Counted from the first letter of the stretch, positions 21,442 to 34,704 are shown. The stretch: DNA of 64,000 bases from Somniosus microcephalus (GCA_052327205.1 CM126232.1:13206001-13270000), one strand, 5' to 3'. Program-made: numbers and translations. The notes: a model not told the origin generated them from the sequence alone.

Positions 21442-23967
21442 TGCAGAAAATGCTGTCGGCAAACCAGAGGACCTCGGAATCTCAGGATAACTCCACCGTG
21501 TAGGGCGGGATGTTGCTGCCTGGCGGAGCCTCTCCAGTGAAGGGCAAGAGGTCCTTCTCACCCACCAGGAGCCTTGAAGATCTCTGCATCTGGTTATATA
21601 AGATCCAGAAATGAAGAAAATGACTTGTTGATCCTTCAAGACTTCATGAGGTGAAACCATTCGAGATTTTTACTTTTTTCGACAATTTTTTGGGGTGAAA
21701 AATCTGAAGGATACGGGCTTCAGGGAGACGAGGAACCTTCAATCGTTGGTGCTTTTTGGGGGGTGGGGGGGGGGGAGGCGGTGGTCAATCAGATGTGGAA
21801 CTTGAGAGCTCAGCTTGCGTCTGAAATGAGCAGTGGGATGTCGGACTAGGAGTTCTACTTCAGTTCGCGAGTGGCTCTCCTGTTTTCTTTACCCTCCCCC
21901 CGCTGAAGTGTTCCTCAACTAGTTGAGCTCTCCTTTCAAGTCTGATACGCCGACACTCCTCTCCGAAAAGAAACAAGCTGTAATCCGTCCAATAGAGAAA
22001 GTGGGGTGTAGCTGAAACGTAAAGCAGCGTGCGTTGGACTGCCGACATTGCACAGTTCCGGGCGAGGTTGAAGTCCAGACCTGAGGGGTGGGGGGGATGG
22101 CCGTTGCTCAGAGACATTGTGCACCCGTTTTCCCTGCCCGCTCCGGGGCTGGCCGACATTCCTGTCAGTATTCCAAGAGTTTGGGAGAACGTCCGGCTCT
22201 CACGCTGCCTCTGTCCCGTTTAACTGCAATGCGGACCCTCTGTCTTCCGCTAGCGATACCCGAACTCCCCCACCTTGAGTTGGCCAACTGTCCCCCTCCC
22301 ACAGATCCGTCCATCCATCGCAGCCTCGCTTTCAAGATCCGATCGCCGCACGAGGAAATGGTTTTCCGGAGATGGAACTACTTCAGCTTGGACCACCGTT
22401 TGCGACGGGGCTTTTTTTTTTGGTACAGTGGCGGGGTGATTTGCGACTGGCTGGTGGACCCGCAGCCACTGGGACAGGGTGTGGGGACCTTGTTCTGAGG
22501 CCTTCACAGAAGGGAACAGCCACTGCTGGCCACGATCAATTGGACTCTGCCTTCCACCGCGTCGGTGGCTGCACGATTCGGACAGTTAGTTCCAGGTGTG
22601 GTTTTTTGTGTCGGAGAGAACGCACCACTGAAATGTTCCGTATGATAAAGGATGGGAGCGAGGTGTGCGATGTCCTTGAGTGTTCCTGCGGATTGTCACC
22701 GGGGGGATGTTCTTCTCCCGGGGTGGGACGTACGGTTCTCTGAGGGAGCCTCTCTTGTTTAAGGTAGTGCTGCGCACTCTCCAAGGGCCTCTTGCAGTCA
22801 ATGCGAACAAGGCAGTCAACCTGCTCGGACTTGGTGGTGCTGCCAGTAATGGCCCTTGGATTCGGACCTTTCCCGAGGGCACATCTGAATATTCTCTCTT
22901 CTCTCTCAACAAGCTCCGTACAAGACTGTTCAAGTTGGGCGGGAGGGGAATTGGGACCATTGCACCAACGCCATTGGCTGTTTCAATATCTTGGAGTTGG
23001 GGGCGGGGGCGGGAAGAACGGATCGCTTCTTGGTCAGGTGACGTGGTTGCAATCATGTGACCTCGCGGATTGGCCACGGGCCCGGCAGGAGGTTTTGCAG
23101 TCGAGCGGCGATCGCGGTCGAGCAGCGGAGGCACCGTACGTTTGCCGAGAGGGGTGTAGCGCCGCGGTTTGATTGCCGAGCTGGCTGTGTGTGTGTCTCG
23201 GGTTGGACATATTCCTGGAGCATTTCATCACGTGGCCTCACCCAGTCAAGCAGCCTTTCCACCCCCTCCCACATCTCCAATATTTTTATAACTACCAACA
23301 AAACGGTTCAAAGAAAATGAAGAAAACGCCCAATAATTTAACGCTCGAGAGTTCTCTCTCCGCGGGGGGGCGTGGTTTGCTCGCGGCCGTGCCCTGGAGA
23401 TTGTTCTTCATTCCCGGAGGCTCCTGGAGAGTGGGCGGGCCCCCCCCTCGGCTGTGCGGGGCGGCTCGTCCTCTTTTTTTTACGTCGGCGGACCGAGGCC
23501 TGAGGTGAATGTCCTGGAAAGGATCTCGCCGCGGCGGTGATGTCGCCACTTCCTGCTGAGCGTCGCCACCCACGTGATCCGCAACTCATTGGATGCTGGG
23601 AAGGCCGCGCACAGCAGGAGTCCCAGGTCCAGCCTCGAGGCGGAGGCCCAAGAGATGGGCGTGGAGGTTTGATTCCCCCCCCCCCCCCCCCCCCCCCAAG
23701 TCTGCTGATCTCGAGGCCGCGGTGGTTCACCGCCCCCCCCTCCCCCGGGACTAGGGGGTGGGTGGGTGGGTGTGGGTGGGAAGGATTAGCGTGTCTTCCA
23801 TCTGCTGAGGACCAGATTGGGATTCGCCGCAATGCCTCTGGAGTCGAATAGCCTCTGATGCTCGCCCATGTGTGAGGTGCTAATATCCAGCAAGGTCGGT
23901 GGCTTCAGGTGCGAATGGGCGGCCTGAATGGGATTGTGGACTGTCAGCAGAGCTGTGAATATCCCAC

Positions 23968-24397
23968 NNNNNNNNNNNNNNNNNNNNNNNNNNNNNNNNN
24001 NNNNNNNNNNNNNNNNNNNNNNNNNNNNNNNNNNNNNNNNNNNNNNNNNNNNNNNNNNNNNNNNNNNNNNNNNNNNNNNNNNNNNNNNNNNNNNNNNNNN
24101 NNNNNNNNNNNNNNNNNNNNNNNNNNNNNNNNNNNNNNNNNNNNNNNNNNNNNNNNNNNNNNNNNNNNNNNNNNNNNNNNNNNNNNNNNNNNNNNNNNNN
24201 NNNNNNNNNNNNNNNNNNNNNNNNNNNNNNNNNNNNNNNNNNNNNNNNNNNNNNNNNNNNNNNNNNNNNNNNNNNNNNNNNNNNNNNNNNNNNNNNNNNN
24301 NNNNNNNNNNNNNNNNNNNNNNNNNNNNNNNNNNNNNNNNNNNNNNNNNNNNNNNNNNNNNNNNNNNNNNNNNNNNNNNNNNNNNNNNNNNNNNNNN
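23968..24397. other. Assembly gap (430 N)
   Basis: Run of N. Confidence 1.
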
Positions 24398-25339
24398 TGT
24401 AATCCTGTACATTTCTTAACTAAGCTGGCATTTGTTCGCACATGAATAGAGACTATTGTATTTAAGTTGTTGCACCCGCTGGCCTTAAGTGGCTAATTAC
24501 AGCCTCTCTCTGACAGGGTTGCAGGTGGAGCTCTCCTGGCTCCATGTATGTGGCTTGGCAGGTCTGCTGGGCTTCACCCTCCCTCCCTCCCGGGTTGCCA
24601 TGGGGCTATGTGTTCCTGGATTGAGGCCTGCAGGGCCTTGGTGGCCACGGGAGCAGCCTGGGGTTGGCTTTCATACCCCGCAGGGAAACATCTCACCCCC
24701 CCCCCGACACTGTCTGCCTAAAGTAGGTACACCCCGGCAATGAATCTTCCATCTCTGCGTCTTGTAAGTGTGTCTACAAGTTATCCACTTGCCTAATTTA
24801 GAGCAGCCCGAGTCGATAGGTGAGTGAGAAATGGCGGAGAGGGTTCCGCTCTTGGAATCGGCCTGTGCCTTAAAGTGGAGTGTCAGCTGTGCCAGGATTG
24901 GGGGCACATGCTGGTGGCTATGGGTATCCTCCCTCTCTCTCTCCCTGCACGACCAACCGAGGTCTGTAAGGTGTAAGGACCCTCCGACGCCAAGTTTAAC
25001 TTCCCTCTTCAACTTGTCCCCCACCCCCACTGCTGCCTCGAAGACCCACATGCTGAGTGTTGATCAGAGCGGGCGAGGTCGGTCGGTCAGTGCCCCTTTA
25101 AGTAGAATCGAACTTCCCTCCCCTAACCCCCAACCCCACCTGCAACTAAACCTTGTATTGAAGTGGCTTGGGAATCGATTCACAAGACCAGCCGCCATGG
25201 GTTGAGATGCTGCTGCCTAAGATGGTGCAACAGTTAGTGGCTGCACAGGGCTGCGTTGGCCTCTCGTTGAATAGTGTTGCATTCTATATTTTGTACTGTA
25301 GCTTCTGTAAAGTTGGATTTTTACTTATTGACTGTTTTT

Positions 25340-25383
25340 ATTAAAGGAAAAATGATGCTTTGAGCTAAAATTCTTTCATTAAA
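25340..25383 (+). terminator. Candidate polyadenylation signals for the LPAR2 3' UTR
   Basis: ATTAAA at 25340 and 25378 after a U-rich, TGTA-containing stretch downstream of the + strand last exon. Confidence 0.35.
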
Positions 25384-25834
25384 CACGGACTCCCAGTCTT
25401 TTGCTCTCTGGGCCCTCCCTCCTTAAAGCCTTCCCCCCTAACCGTAAAACCCGAAGTCAGATCTCCCATAGCAACCACCTCGGGGGTCAGTGGGGTCACT
25501 CCTAGATGTTGTCCGAGTGTCTTTTTTTTTTAATGGGTGTTGACTCGCTTTGCCTGTGTGTAATAGCGCTTTGTTCAGTCGAAACTGCTGCCAGCCACTG
25601 GCGTGGTTATGTTAAAACCATTTTAGCCACGTGTTAATTTTAGTAGAAAACGCCACACACACAATACAGGTTAAATGCACCTCGCACGTCTATATTTATA
25701 TCATCTGCCGCCATTCAGTGACCGAGGAAGTAAAGCAGCCACAACGATCAAGAAACAGTCGCACTTTTCACCAAAAGGTTGACGTTTATGTGTACATTTC
25801 GTGTGAATATGAGGATTGAGATTAACAGGAGTAT

Positions 25835-26235
25835 TTTAAGACACAAAATTTGACACCGATCCACAGAAGGATAAAGTAGGGCAGGGGACCAGAAGCTTGG
25901 TCAAAGAGAGAGGTTTTAATGAGCATCTTAAAGGAGGAGAGAGAGGTGGAGAGGCGGGAGAGGTTGAGCCAGGGAATTCCAGAGCTTAGGGCCTCGGCAA
26001 CAGAAGGCACGGCCACCGATGGTTGAGCGATTTATAATGAGGGATGCTCAAGAGGGCAGAATTTGAAGAGCGCAGATACCTTGGTGGGGTTGTGGGGCTG
26101 GAGGAGATTACAGAAATCAGGAGGGGCGAGGCCATGGCGGGATTTGAAAACAAGGGTGAGAATTTTGAACTCGAGGTGCTGCTTAACCGGGAGCCAATGT
26201 TGGTCAGCGAGCACAGGGGAGATGGGCGAATGATG
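25835..26235 (-). mobile_element. L2 LINE 3' fragment
   Basis: LADQHWLPVKQHLEFKILTLVFKS on the - strand plus L2 3' UTR. Confidence 0.8.
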
Positions 26236-26804
26236 GTGTCTTTTATTCATTTTATTTACTGATCAGACATGCAATTGGCCACATCTGGCTTCCAATTAGT
26301 CACATGTGGCTAACGTATTGGACAGCCCTGTGATGGAGGAGTTCAGGCTGTAACATTAATACCCCCTTGGTGCCTTGAGCTAGATGTTTGTCTTTCGCAC
26401 CTGTACTCTTGGCAATCTCTGAGGGCGGACCTAGCACGCACTTGGTGAGATGAGACCAGATGGGTCGTTAAGCTACTTTATACAGCAACGCAAGCATTCA
26501 GAACAACCGCTGAGATTGAATTCACTTAATTCAATCACTACAACTTAACCTTTGCGTAATAATACATAACAAGGAATACTCCACGCTTCCCCACATCACT
26601 GGCTCACCTTGCCTGATTTAAACAAGGTGAGGGCGGAGTGTCCTACGGCAATTCTAACTTCTTGGCTCAGTGAAAATCCTCGAACCTTTGCCTTTATGAA
26701 AAACCGACTGGTTACGTGAGTCCCTGTCTCATCTCCCACGGGTCACAGCCTGAACATCAAGTCCTGCCAGGTATCCTCCGGCTGAACTCTGGGGACCAGA
26801 AACC

Positions 26805-27017
26805 TTACTCCTGGCCAATATTTATCCCTCAACCACCATCACTAAAACAGATTACTTGGTCGTTATCACATTGCTGTTTGTGGGATCTTGCTGTGTGTAA
26901 ACTGCATTTTCCTACATTACAACAGTGACAACACTTCAAAAGTACTTGAGTGGCTTTAAAGCATTTGGGATGGCCTGAGGTGGTGAAAGGCGCTATATAA
27001 ATGCAAGACTTTCTTTC
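26805..27017 (+). mobile_element. DeuSINE 3' half
   Basis: cctggccaatatttatccctcaacc...ggcgctatataaatgcaagactttctttc. Confidence 0.75.
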
Positions 27018-27769
27018 AATGGGATGTTTCTCAACTACCCAGACTGGTTAAGAAATTGGTATTGTTCACTGTCTTTGTGTGGGGGGGGGGGGGGGAGGGA
27101 CACCTTTAATTACCATATTAACTACCTTCCATCTAATATCGCCCCCCCCCCCCCCAATTTGTGTGATTACATCTTACTTTAAAACCCCAATATTAGAGGA
27201 AATCTCCTCTGGGGTATTTGGTTCAAAATAAATCATGAAAACTTATCTTGCGAGCTTTCCGTCAACCCTCCGAACCGTCCCACCACAACTTGCCGCTCAC
27301 TTTAATTTCTTCCTCTGTTTTCTCTGTGAAACCAAAAGCGCTCCATGCAAATAGGGGAACTGATGTAAATTCAACCGTCCCGTGCTCCGAGCTGGTGAGG
27401 GTCTTCACTCGATGTGGACGTGGCCGGACAATCTGTGCTGCAGTGTTGCGCGCCGTTTATCTCCTTCCCCACCCTCCCCAGCCCCACGCACACCCGCTGA
27501 GCAAGGAGCCCCGAATTTACCCCGTGTGAGATTTAAAGCTCCTGACTACATCTGGGCAAAGCCTCGTTGGGTGTCTGTGGTTGCATCGGCCAGCTCCCAC
27601 TGTGGTGGGTATTGCAGTCGGGGTGGGGTCAGTGGGTACAAGAGGCACGGGTAGAGGGGGAGTGAGCACAGGGCAAGCGGATACAGAAGGTGCAGGTACT
27701 GGGGGTGTGGGTACAGGGTGAGTGGGTACATGAGAGGGGGTACAGTGGCAAACAGGTACTGGGTGAGGG

Positions 27770-27972
27770 GTATAGGGGAGGGGAGCAGAGTGAGGAGGGG
27801 GAGGGGAAGCAGAGTGAGGGAGGGGAGCAGAGTGAGTGAGGGGGAGGGGAGCAGAGTGAGTGAGGGGGGGAGGGGGAGAGCAGAGTGAGTGGGGGGGAGG
27901 GGAGCAGAGTGAGTGGGGGGAGGGGGAGCAGAGTGAGTGGGGGGAGGGGGAGCAGAGTGAGTGGGGGGAGGG
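27770..27972. repeat. ~24-bp G-rich tandem repeat running into a gap
   Basis: gagcagagtgagtggggggagggg units. Confidence 0.9.
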
Positions 27973-28472
27973 NNNNNNNNNNNNNNNNNNNNNNNNNNNN
28001 NNNNNNNNNNNNNNNNNNNNNNNNNNNNNNNNNNNNNNNNNNNNNNNNNNNNNNNNNNNNNNNNNNNNNNNNNNNNNNNNNNNNNNNNNNNNNNNNNNNN
28101 NNNNNNNNNNNNNNNNNNNNNNNNNNNNNNNNNNNNNNNNNNNNNNNNNNNNNNNNNNNNNNNNNNNNNNNNNNNNNNNNNNNNNNNNNNNNNNNNNNNN
28201 NNNNNNNNNNNNNNNNNNNNNNNNNNNNNNNNNNNNNNNNNNNNNNNNNNNNNNNNNNNNNNNNNNNNNNNNNNNNNNNNNNNNNNNNNNNNNNNNNNNN
28301 NNNNNNNNNNNNNNNNNNNNNNNNNNNNNNNNNNNNNNNNNNNNNNNNNNNNNNNNNNNNNNNNNNNNNNNNNNNNNNNNNNNNNNNNNNNNNNNNNNNN
28401 NNNNNNNNNNNNNNNNNNNNNNNNNNNNNNNNNNNNNNNNNNNNNNNNNNNNNNNNNNNNNNNNNNNNNNNN
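27973..28472. other. Assembly gap (500 N, probably an arbitrary scaffolding gap)
   Basis: Exactly 500 N. Confidence 1.
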
Positions 28473-28479
28473 AAGAGAG

Positions 28480-28670
28480 AGACGTCCACCTGAGAGAGCA
28501 GAGGGGGGGTCTCTCTTTAATGAAAGACGGCACCTCCGACAGTGCAGCACTCCCTCAGCACTGCCCTGGAGTGGCAGCCTGGATTATGGGATCAAGTCTC
28601 CGGAGTGGGGCTTGAACCCACAACCTTCCGACTGGGAGGCGAAAGAGAGTGCCACCCTCTGAGCCACAGC
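28480..28670 (-). mobile_element. DeuSINE 5' half
   Basis: Reverse complement of SINE head and core. Confidence 0.7.
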
Positions 28671-29029
28671 GGACTCTGTAAGGGGGGCTACAACAGTCCT
28701 TAGCATCCCTGGACTAGGGAAAGCAGGCGTTCTCGCTCTCAATTACTACTCGATGCATGTGTGTACACGTCCAGGGAGGACACGGTGAGGCTCATCTATG
28801 ATGCTTCCCATGGTGGAGGAGCCTTTCTAAACTACAATCTAAATCCAGTGCAGATCCCTCCCATTATTTAGTTAATCGAATAGCAAGTGCGCGGTTGGAT
28901 CATGTACTGGGATCTGACTCCCGTCCAATCGCTTTGTTGTTCTATTATTTAAATCAGTCTGACGTCATTTTAAATATAGGTCAAAATTCATCACAAATTA
29001 ATAGGTGTCCAGAATTCATGGAGGGAGAG

Positions 29030-29660
29030 TGGGGGGGGGGGGGGGGGGGGGGAAAGAGAGAGAGCGGGGGGGGGGGGGGGGGGGGAGAGGGAGAGCGGGG
29101 GGGGGGGGAGAGAGGGGAGAGCGGGGGGGGGGGGAGAGGGAGAGCGGGGGGGGGAGAGGGAGAGCGGGGGGGGGGAGAGGGAGAGCGGGGGGGGGAGAGG
29201 GAGAGCGGGGGGGGAGAGGGAGAGCGGGGGGGGGGGAGAGGGAGAGCGGGGGGGGGGGAGAGGGAGAGCGGGGGGGGGGGAGAGGGAGAGCGGGGGGGGG
29301 AGAGGGAGAGCGGGGGGGGGGAGAGGGAGAGCGGGGGGGGGAGAGGGAGAGCGGGGGGGGGGAGAGGGAGAGCGGGGGGGGGGAGAGGGAGAGCGGGGGG
29401 GGGAGAGGGAGAGCGGGGGGGGGAGAGGGAGAGCGGGGGGGGGAGAGGGAGAGCGGGGGGGGGGAGAGGGAGAGCGGGGGGGGGGAGAGGGAGAGCGGGG
29501 GGGGAGAGGGAGAGCGGGGGGGGAGAGGGAGAGCGGGGGGGGAGAGGGAGAGCGAGAGGGGGCGAGCGAGAGGGGGCGAGCGAGAGGGGGCGAGCGAGAG
29601 GGGGCGAGCGAGAGGGGGCGAGCGAGAGGGGGCGAGCGCGAGGGGGGCGAGCGAGAGACA
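29030..29660. repeat. Polypurine G-rich tandem repeat
   Basis: (G)n-agagggagagc units, then (gagcgagagggggc)n. Confidence 0.95.
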
Positions 29661-30334
29661 CACAGACAGACTGAGTTAGGCAGAGAGATTTTTGCCTCAC
29701 TGATCCAGGAGGAGGAAGAATGGGATGAGACGGGGCAGGGAGGAGGATCAGGTCAATTGAAGTGCGAATGCCTGTTAATGAGTTACATCAGTTGAAGAGT
29801 CTGTGACTCTCTGAAGGAATTCCTGGAAAGGTCAGCAGTTAATTTATTCCATCCACTCAGTGATCACGCGAGGTGTTGGACTCTTCACTGGGAGGGTTGG
29901 TCCCTCGCTGGAGCCATTCCTCCGGTTTGAACCGATGCCCGAATGGCAGCTATTCAGCCATGGAGGCATCACGTGAGCCCGAGCCAGCCTCATTTTTCAG
30001 GAGGGCCAATAACTAAATCAGGAGTGAATCCCTGGCGGGGGATGCATGGAGGGGGCACTGAAGTCATCACTCAAACTGACTAAAGTCAGCAGATTGGGAA
30101 TCGAAGCTGGGATCTTTCTGGCACTGGGGTGTGTCCCCCCCCAAATCGCCACCCTGGCCCAACTCCCTCTGCACTGGGCCAACCCTTCCCCGCAACCCCC
30201 CCGCCCACCACATGCCCCCTTCCCCAGCCCTCACTCTGACCCCGCCCCCTACGCTACACCCCACACCCAGCATGACCCCCCCCACCCCCCTTCGCTGAGA
30301 GGCTTTGCTGATGAAACGAACTTAGCTATACAAA

Positions 30335-30590
30335 CAATAGCAAAATACTGCAGATGCTGGAAATCCGAAATAACAACAGAAAACGCTGGAAACACTCAGC
30401 AGGCCAGGGAACATCCGTGGAGAGAAAATAGAGTCAACGTTTCGGGTCGAAACCCTTCGTCAGAACTGAGAAAAAAAGCAGGAAATGAAACAGATTAAAA
30501 AGCGGGTTTGGGGGCTGGGAAATGGGGGAGGGGATGAAAGAACAAAAGGGAAGGTCGGGGAGAGGTGAAGGGACATTAAGAGATATTCAA
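30335..30590 (-). mobile_element. Penelope pLTR fragment with hammerhead motif
   Basis: - strand 30432-30467: agtt CTGACGA a gggt-ttcg-accc GAAAC GTT gact. Confidence 0.75.
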
Positions 30591-31152
30591 GCCCTGGTTA
30601 GACCACACCTGGAGCACTGGGAGCAGTTCTGGGCACCACACCTTAGGAAGGATATATTGGCCTTGGAGGGAGTGCAGCGTAGGTTTACCAGAATGATACC
30701 CGGACTCCAAGGGTTAGGTTATGAGGAGAGATTACACAAACTAGGGTTGTATTCCCTAGAATTTAGAAGGTTAAGGGGTGATCTGATTGAAGTTTCCAGA
30801 TATTAAGGGGAACAGATAGGGTAGATAGAGAGAAACTATTTCCGCTGGTAGGGGAGTCTAGGACTAGGGGCATAGTCTAAAAATTAGAGCCAGACCTTTC
30901 AGGAATGAAATTAGGAAACACTTCTACACACAAAGGATGGTAGCAGTTTGGAACTCTCTCCTGCAAATGGCAATTGATGCTAGATCAATTGTTAATTTTA
31001 AATCTGAGATTGATAGCTTTCTGTTAACCAAAGGTATTAAGGGATATGGGCCGAAGGCAGGTAGATGGAGTTAGGTCACCGATCGGCCATGATCTCACTG
31101 AATGGCAGAACAGGCTCGAGGGGCTGAATGGCCTCCTCCTGTTCCGTTCCTA
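30590..31152 (+). mobile_element. CR1 LINE 3' fragment
   Basis: [38 protein letters not shown], followed by a CR1 tail. Confidence 0.9.
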
Positions 31153-31617
31153 TGGACAGATGGGCGTCGCCGTGGCAGCGACCACAGTTCGAAAGCAACG
31201 GCATGCGGTCCCTTGTCCCAGCTCTCCCGAAACCCGCAATTAAATCGACAGCCTGGCGTCCACCTTGGTGGGGGGGGGGGGGGGGTGGGAAAAGAATCAG
31301 GTCCTGCACAGAAAGAGGTGAATGTACAGCAATTCCAGTCAGCAGGAAATGATTCAAAGTCACCGGCGCACACACAGTTCTGGTTAAATTGGTAATACTA
31401 AACTAAACCAGCCACCAACAGACCTGACTCACCCTGGAAAACCCCCTTGTACCGTGCATTGTCTATTTCACCACCCACCCCCACACCGTCCGATTTCATT
31501 TCAAGAAATATCTACTTGTCTATTAAAAGATCGAACTGAACGATGACACATCAAGGAAAGGCTGGGGGCTGCCCCATCCCCAGAGACCTTGGATAAACCA
31601 AGAATAAACCGTCTCTC

Positions 31618-32185
31618 AGCCGTGGCGCAGTGGGTAGCACTCTCATCTCGGGAGTCTGAAGGTCGTGGGTTCACAGTCCCACCCCAGAGACTTGAGCACA
31701 AAATCTAGGCTGACGCTCCCAGTGCAGTGCTGAGGGAGTGCTGCAGTGTCGGAGCTGCCCATCTTTCGGATGAGACGTTAAACTGAGGCCCCGTCTGCCC
31801 TCCCAGGTGGATGTGAAAGATCCCATGGCACTATTTGAAGAGCAGCAAGGGGAGTTCTCCCCGGTGTCCTGGCCAATATTTATCCCTCAACCAACATCAC
31901 TAAAACCAGTTCTGACAAAAGATCATCGACCTGAAACGTTAACTGTTTCTCTCTCCACAGATGTTCCCTGACCTGCTGAGTATTTCCTGCATTTTCTGGT
32001 TATAGCACTAAAACCAGATTATCTGGTCATTTATCACATTGCTGTTTGTGGGAGCTTGCTGTGCACAAATTGGCTGCCACGTTTCCTACATTACAACAAT
32101 GACTACACTTCAAAAAGTACTTCATTGACCGTGAAACGCTTTGGGACGTCCTGAGGTCATGAAAGGAGCTCTAGAAATGTTCTTT
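31618..32185 (+). mobile_element. Full-length DeuSINE with a 96-bp Penelope pLTR insert (31910-32005)
   Basis: tRNA-like head, core and tail. The insert is flanked by a 12-bp TSD cactaaaaccag (31898-31909, 32006-32017). Confidence 0.85.
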
Positions 32186-32999
32186 CAGAAACATCACCCC
32201 AAACTCAACGCTCAATATCCATTGATCTCTGGCAATTATACAAGATGGTGTAATATACATAAAAGGAAGGTGGCAAATGATTACAAGAACTGAGTGACTC
32301 CACCCTTCGCTCTCCTGTTGATTTCATGTCGAAACTCCGCTGGATAATCTGGCTCTGAGGCCACGCCGGGGAACAGCATCTTCCGGAATTTCAGAGAGGT
32401 GGGGCGGCAGGATAAACCGGCACCACTTCAGACAGCTTTGCCGTGAAGCATGGGGACCCGGATTTACCTGCACACCATGGCAGGAAGCTCGGGAAGAACG
32501 GACAAGGATATGGCCAGCAGGCGCCATCAATCCAGCGCTCAGTTCTTCAACTGATCCAAAACAAACGGCCCAGTGACTTACGAGTCGACTAAGAGATGCG
32601 TCATCTACTTTAGGGCCAAGCGGCCAACCCTGGTCTAGCGGGGAATAGCAGTTTGCCTCATCACCGTTCATTACACGGGCAATTTCCTTGTAAACTCAGG
32701 AATTCCCATAGATTATGGCCATCACATTCCCCACTGTTCGTTCGTGTTGTGTAGGGATGACCAGTTTAAAGTTGGAAAGACAACATTGCTAAGCTCAGGT
32801 TCCAGACGGCCAGTCTCCTTGAGCTGGCCCTCGGTGGGTAAACTGCTGAACTCAGCAGCAGACTTTTGGGTCTAATTTTTTTTGGTGAATCTCCAATAAC
32901 GAGAACCAGATTTAGCAGTACACATGCCGGAAGTGAATTCAATGATCTCCCTGCATCTGAATCAAAACAGCCCCAATATTAAAAAAAACATTTGGCTGC

Positions 33000-33110
33000 G
33001 TAGGCCTCAGGCCTGGAAGCAGACAGCAGGCCTCAGGCCTGGAAGCAGACAGCAGGCCTCAGGCCTGGAAGCAGACAGCAGGCCTCAGGCCTGGAAGCAG
33101 ACAGCAGGCC
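33000..33110. repeat. 26-bp tandem repeat (~4 units)
   Basis: aggcctcaggcctggaagcagacagc. Confidence 0.9.
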
Positions 33111-33494
33111 TATCGTGCAAATGAATCCAAGAGGGAAAAATAACCAGTCAAGCATAAACCACACACACACACACCCCACCACAGCTCAAAGGTCAGCTTA
33201 TGACGGAGATTTCTTAAAACCTTGGAAAACATTTTGGTGGTTGCGAGATTAGAGGGTGGAACAAAGGCTAAAAGTAAACCTGGCAGATCACATTTCACAT
33301 ATAGCCAGAGTGTGGCATACACACAGACACAGGCTCCGTTGGGAGCTTTTACAAGCTCAAGTTCCAACCTCAGTAACCTCGGCATGGCAACGCAGCAACT
33401 TGCTTTTGCTCACTCCCCTGGCGAGGATTTAAAGATCGTATCGCGTGTAGCAGTCTGCAGCTTCACATCCTTGCATTACTAGAAATTTCCCTTT

Positions 33495-33710
33495 CACCAT
33501 TGGCGGCCGCGCCTTCAGCTGCCGAGGCCCTAAGCTCTGGACTTCCCTCCCTAAACCTCTCCGCCTCTCTATCTTTGTTTCCTCCTTTAAGACGCTCCTT
33601 AAAACCTACCTCTCTGACCAAGCTTTTGGTCGCCTGCCCTAATTTCTCCTTATGTGGCTCAGTGTCAAATTGCTGTTTTAACACACTCCTGTGAAGCGCC
33701 TTGGGACATG
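33495..33710 (+). mobile_element. L2 3' tail
   Basis: caccattggcggccg...gtgaagcgccttgggac. Confidence 0.8.
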
Positions 33711-34704
33711 CATCGTGGGTTCGTCCTGTGCAGTGGAGTTAAACACTGACTTTACCCAACGAGCCCGTCAGCGATCTCCAAGCTCAACTTTCTTTCTGCC
33801 CGGTATTTCTTCTGTTCATCTGAGAACGCGATGGAAGCTGGTGACGGGTTTGGAAAATGCCACTTCCCATCGAAGCATACAGAAACGTTTGACCACACTC
33901 ACCCAGGTGCCACCGATTTTGAGAAAACACACACAAAAATACCGAACAAACATGGTCTCTGGCCTAGTCTAGTTCGATTATAAAAACGGATAACAGATTA
34001 AGCAGGCTGGTTTCTGAATAACTGTATATATATTAGCCTGTGGTGTTTCGAACACCACAGAAGTCACTCAGTAATGGAATAAACGGGAAGTTAAGATTTA
34101 TGATTAGGGAATTGAGTGAATTTAATAAGGAAATTGTGGGATATGATGGAACATAGCAGCGAAGGGAATGGGAGAGATAGATTTTTGGACTCTAGGGGAA
34201 TCAAGGGATATGGGGATCGGGCGGGAAAGTGGAGTTGAGGTCGATGATCAGCCATGGTCTTATTGAATGGCGGAGCGGGCTCGAGGGGCCGTATGGCCGA
34301 CTCCTGCTCTTATTTCTTAGGTTATGAAATTACCCACATCTGAGGCAGTCTGGGCCGAAGAAGCCTCCTGACTGCGTCAAATGACCCCGAGCCGACGGCG
34401 TGGTGACGAGCAAACTGGAAAATGTGGCTATTGCTGCGGTGCTGCTCGGCCATTTGCCCGTCGAAGACACCTGAAGCGAGACTCGCGTTTGAGGGAACTT
34501 GATGCTAAATAAATAATCAATTTATTGGCGTCGTTATAACGTACTGGAGCCGAAGGCATGAATCCCTCTCACTGGCTCGTGAACTGCAGTCTGCATCGCC
34601 AGAGATAATGGTCAGTAGGGAGGCACTCGAGATCGAGGTTGGCGGTCACGACTCTCTCCCACCATTGCTTTCTCGCCCCTCCTCCCCCCACCCTGCACTG
34701 CGCC

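Noticed and set aside
26349-26716. Possible solo LTR (tgtaac...gttacg)
   Set aside because: No TSD (caggc vs tgagt) and no related copy in the window.
23786-28662. Long ORFs containing X runs
   Set aside because: Artefacts of reading through N gaps.
28895-29700. Gly/Arg- and Pro-rich ORFs of 215-259 aa
   Set aside because: Low-complexity tandem repeat.
31618-31690. tRNA-like A/B boxes (also ~1995, ~35015, ~53060-53130)
   Set aside because: SINE heads followed by the Deu core, not tRNA genes.
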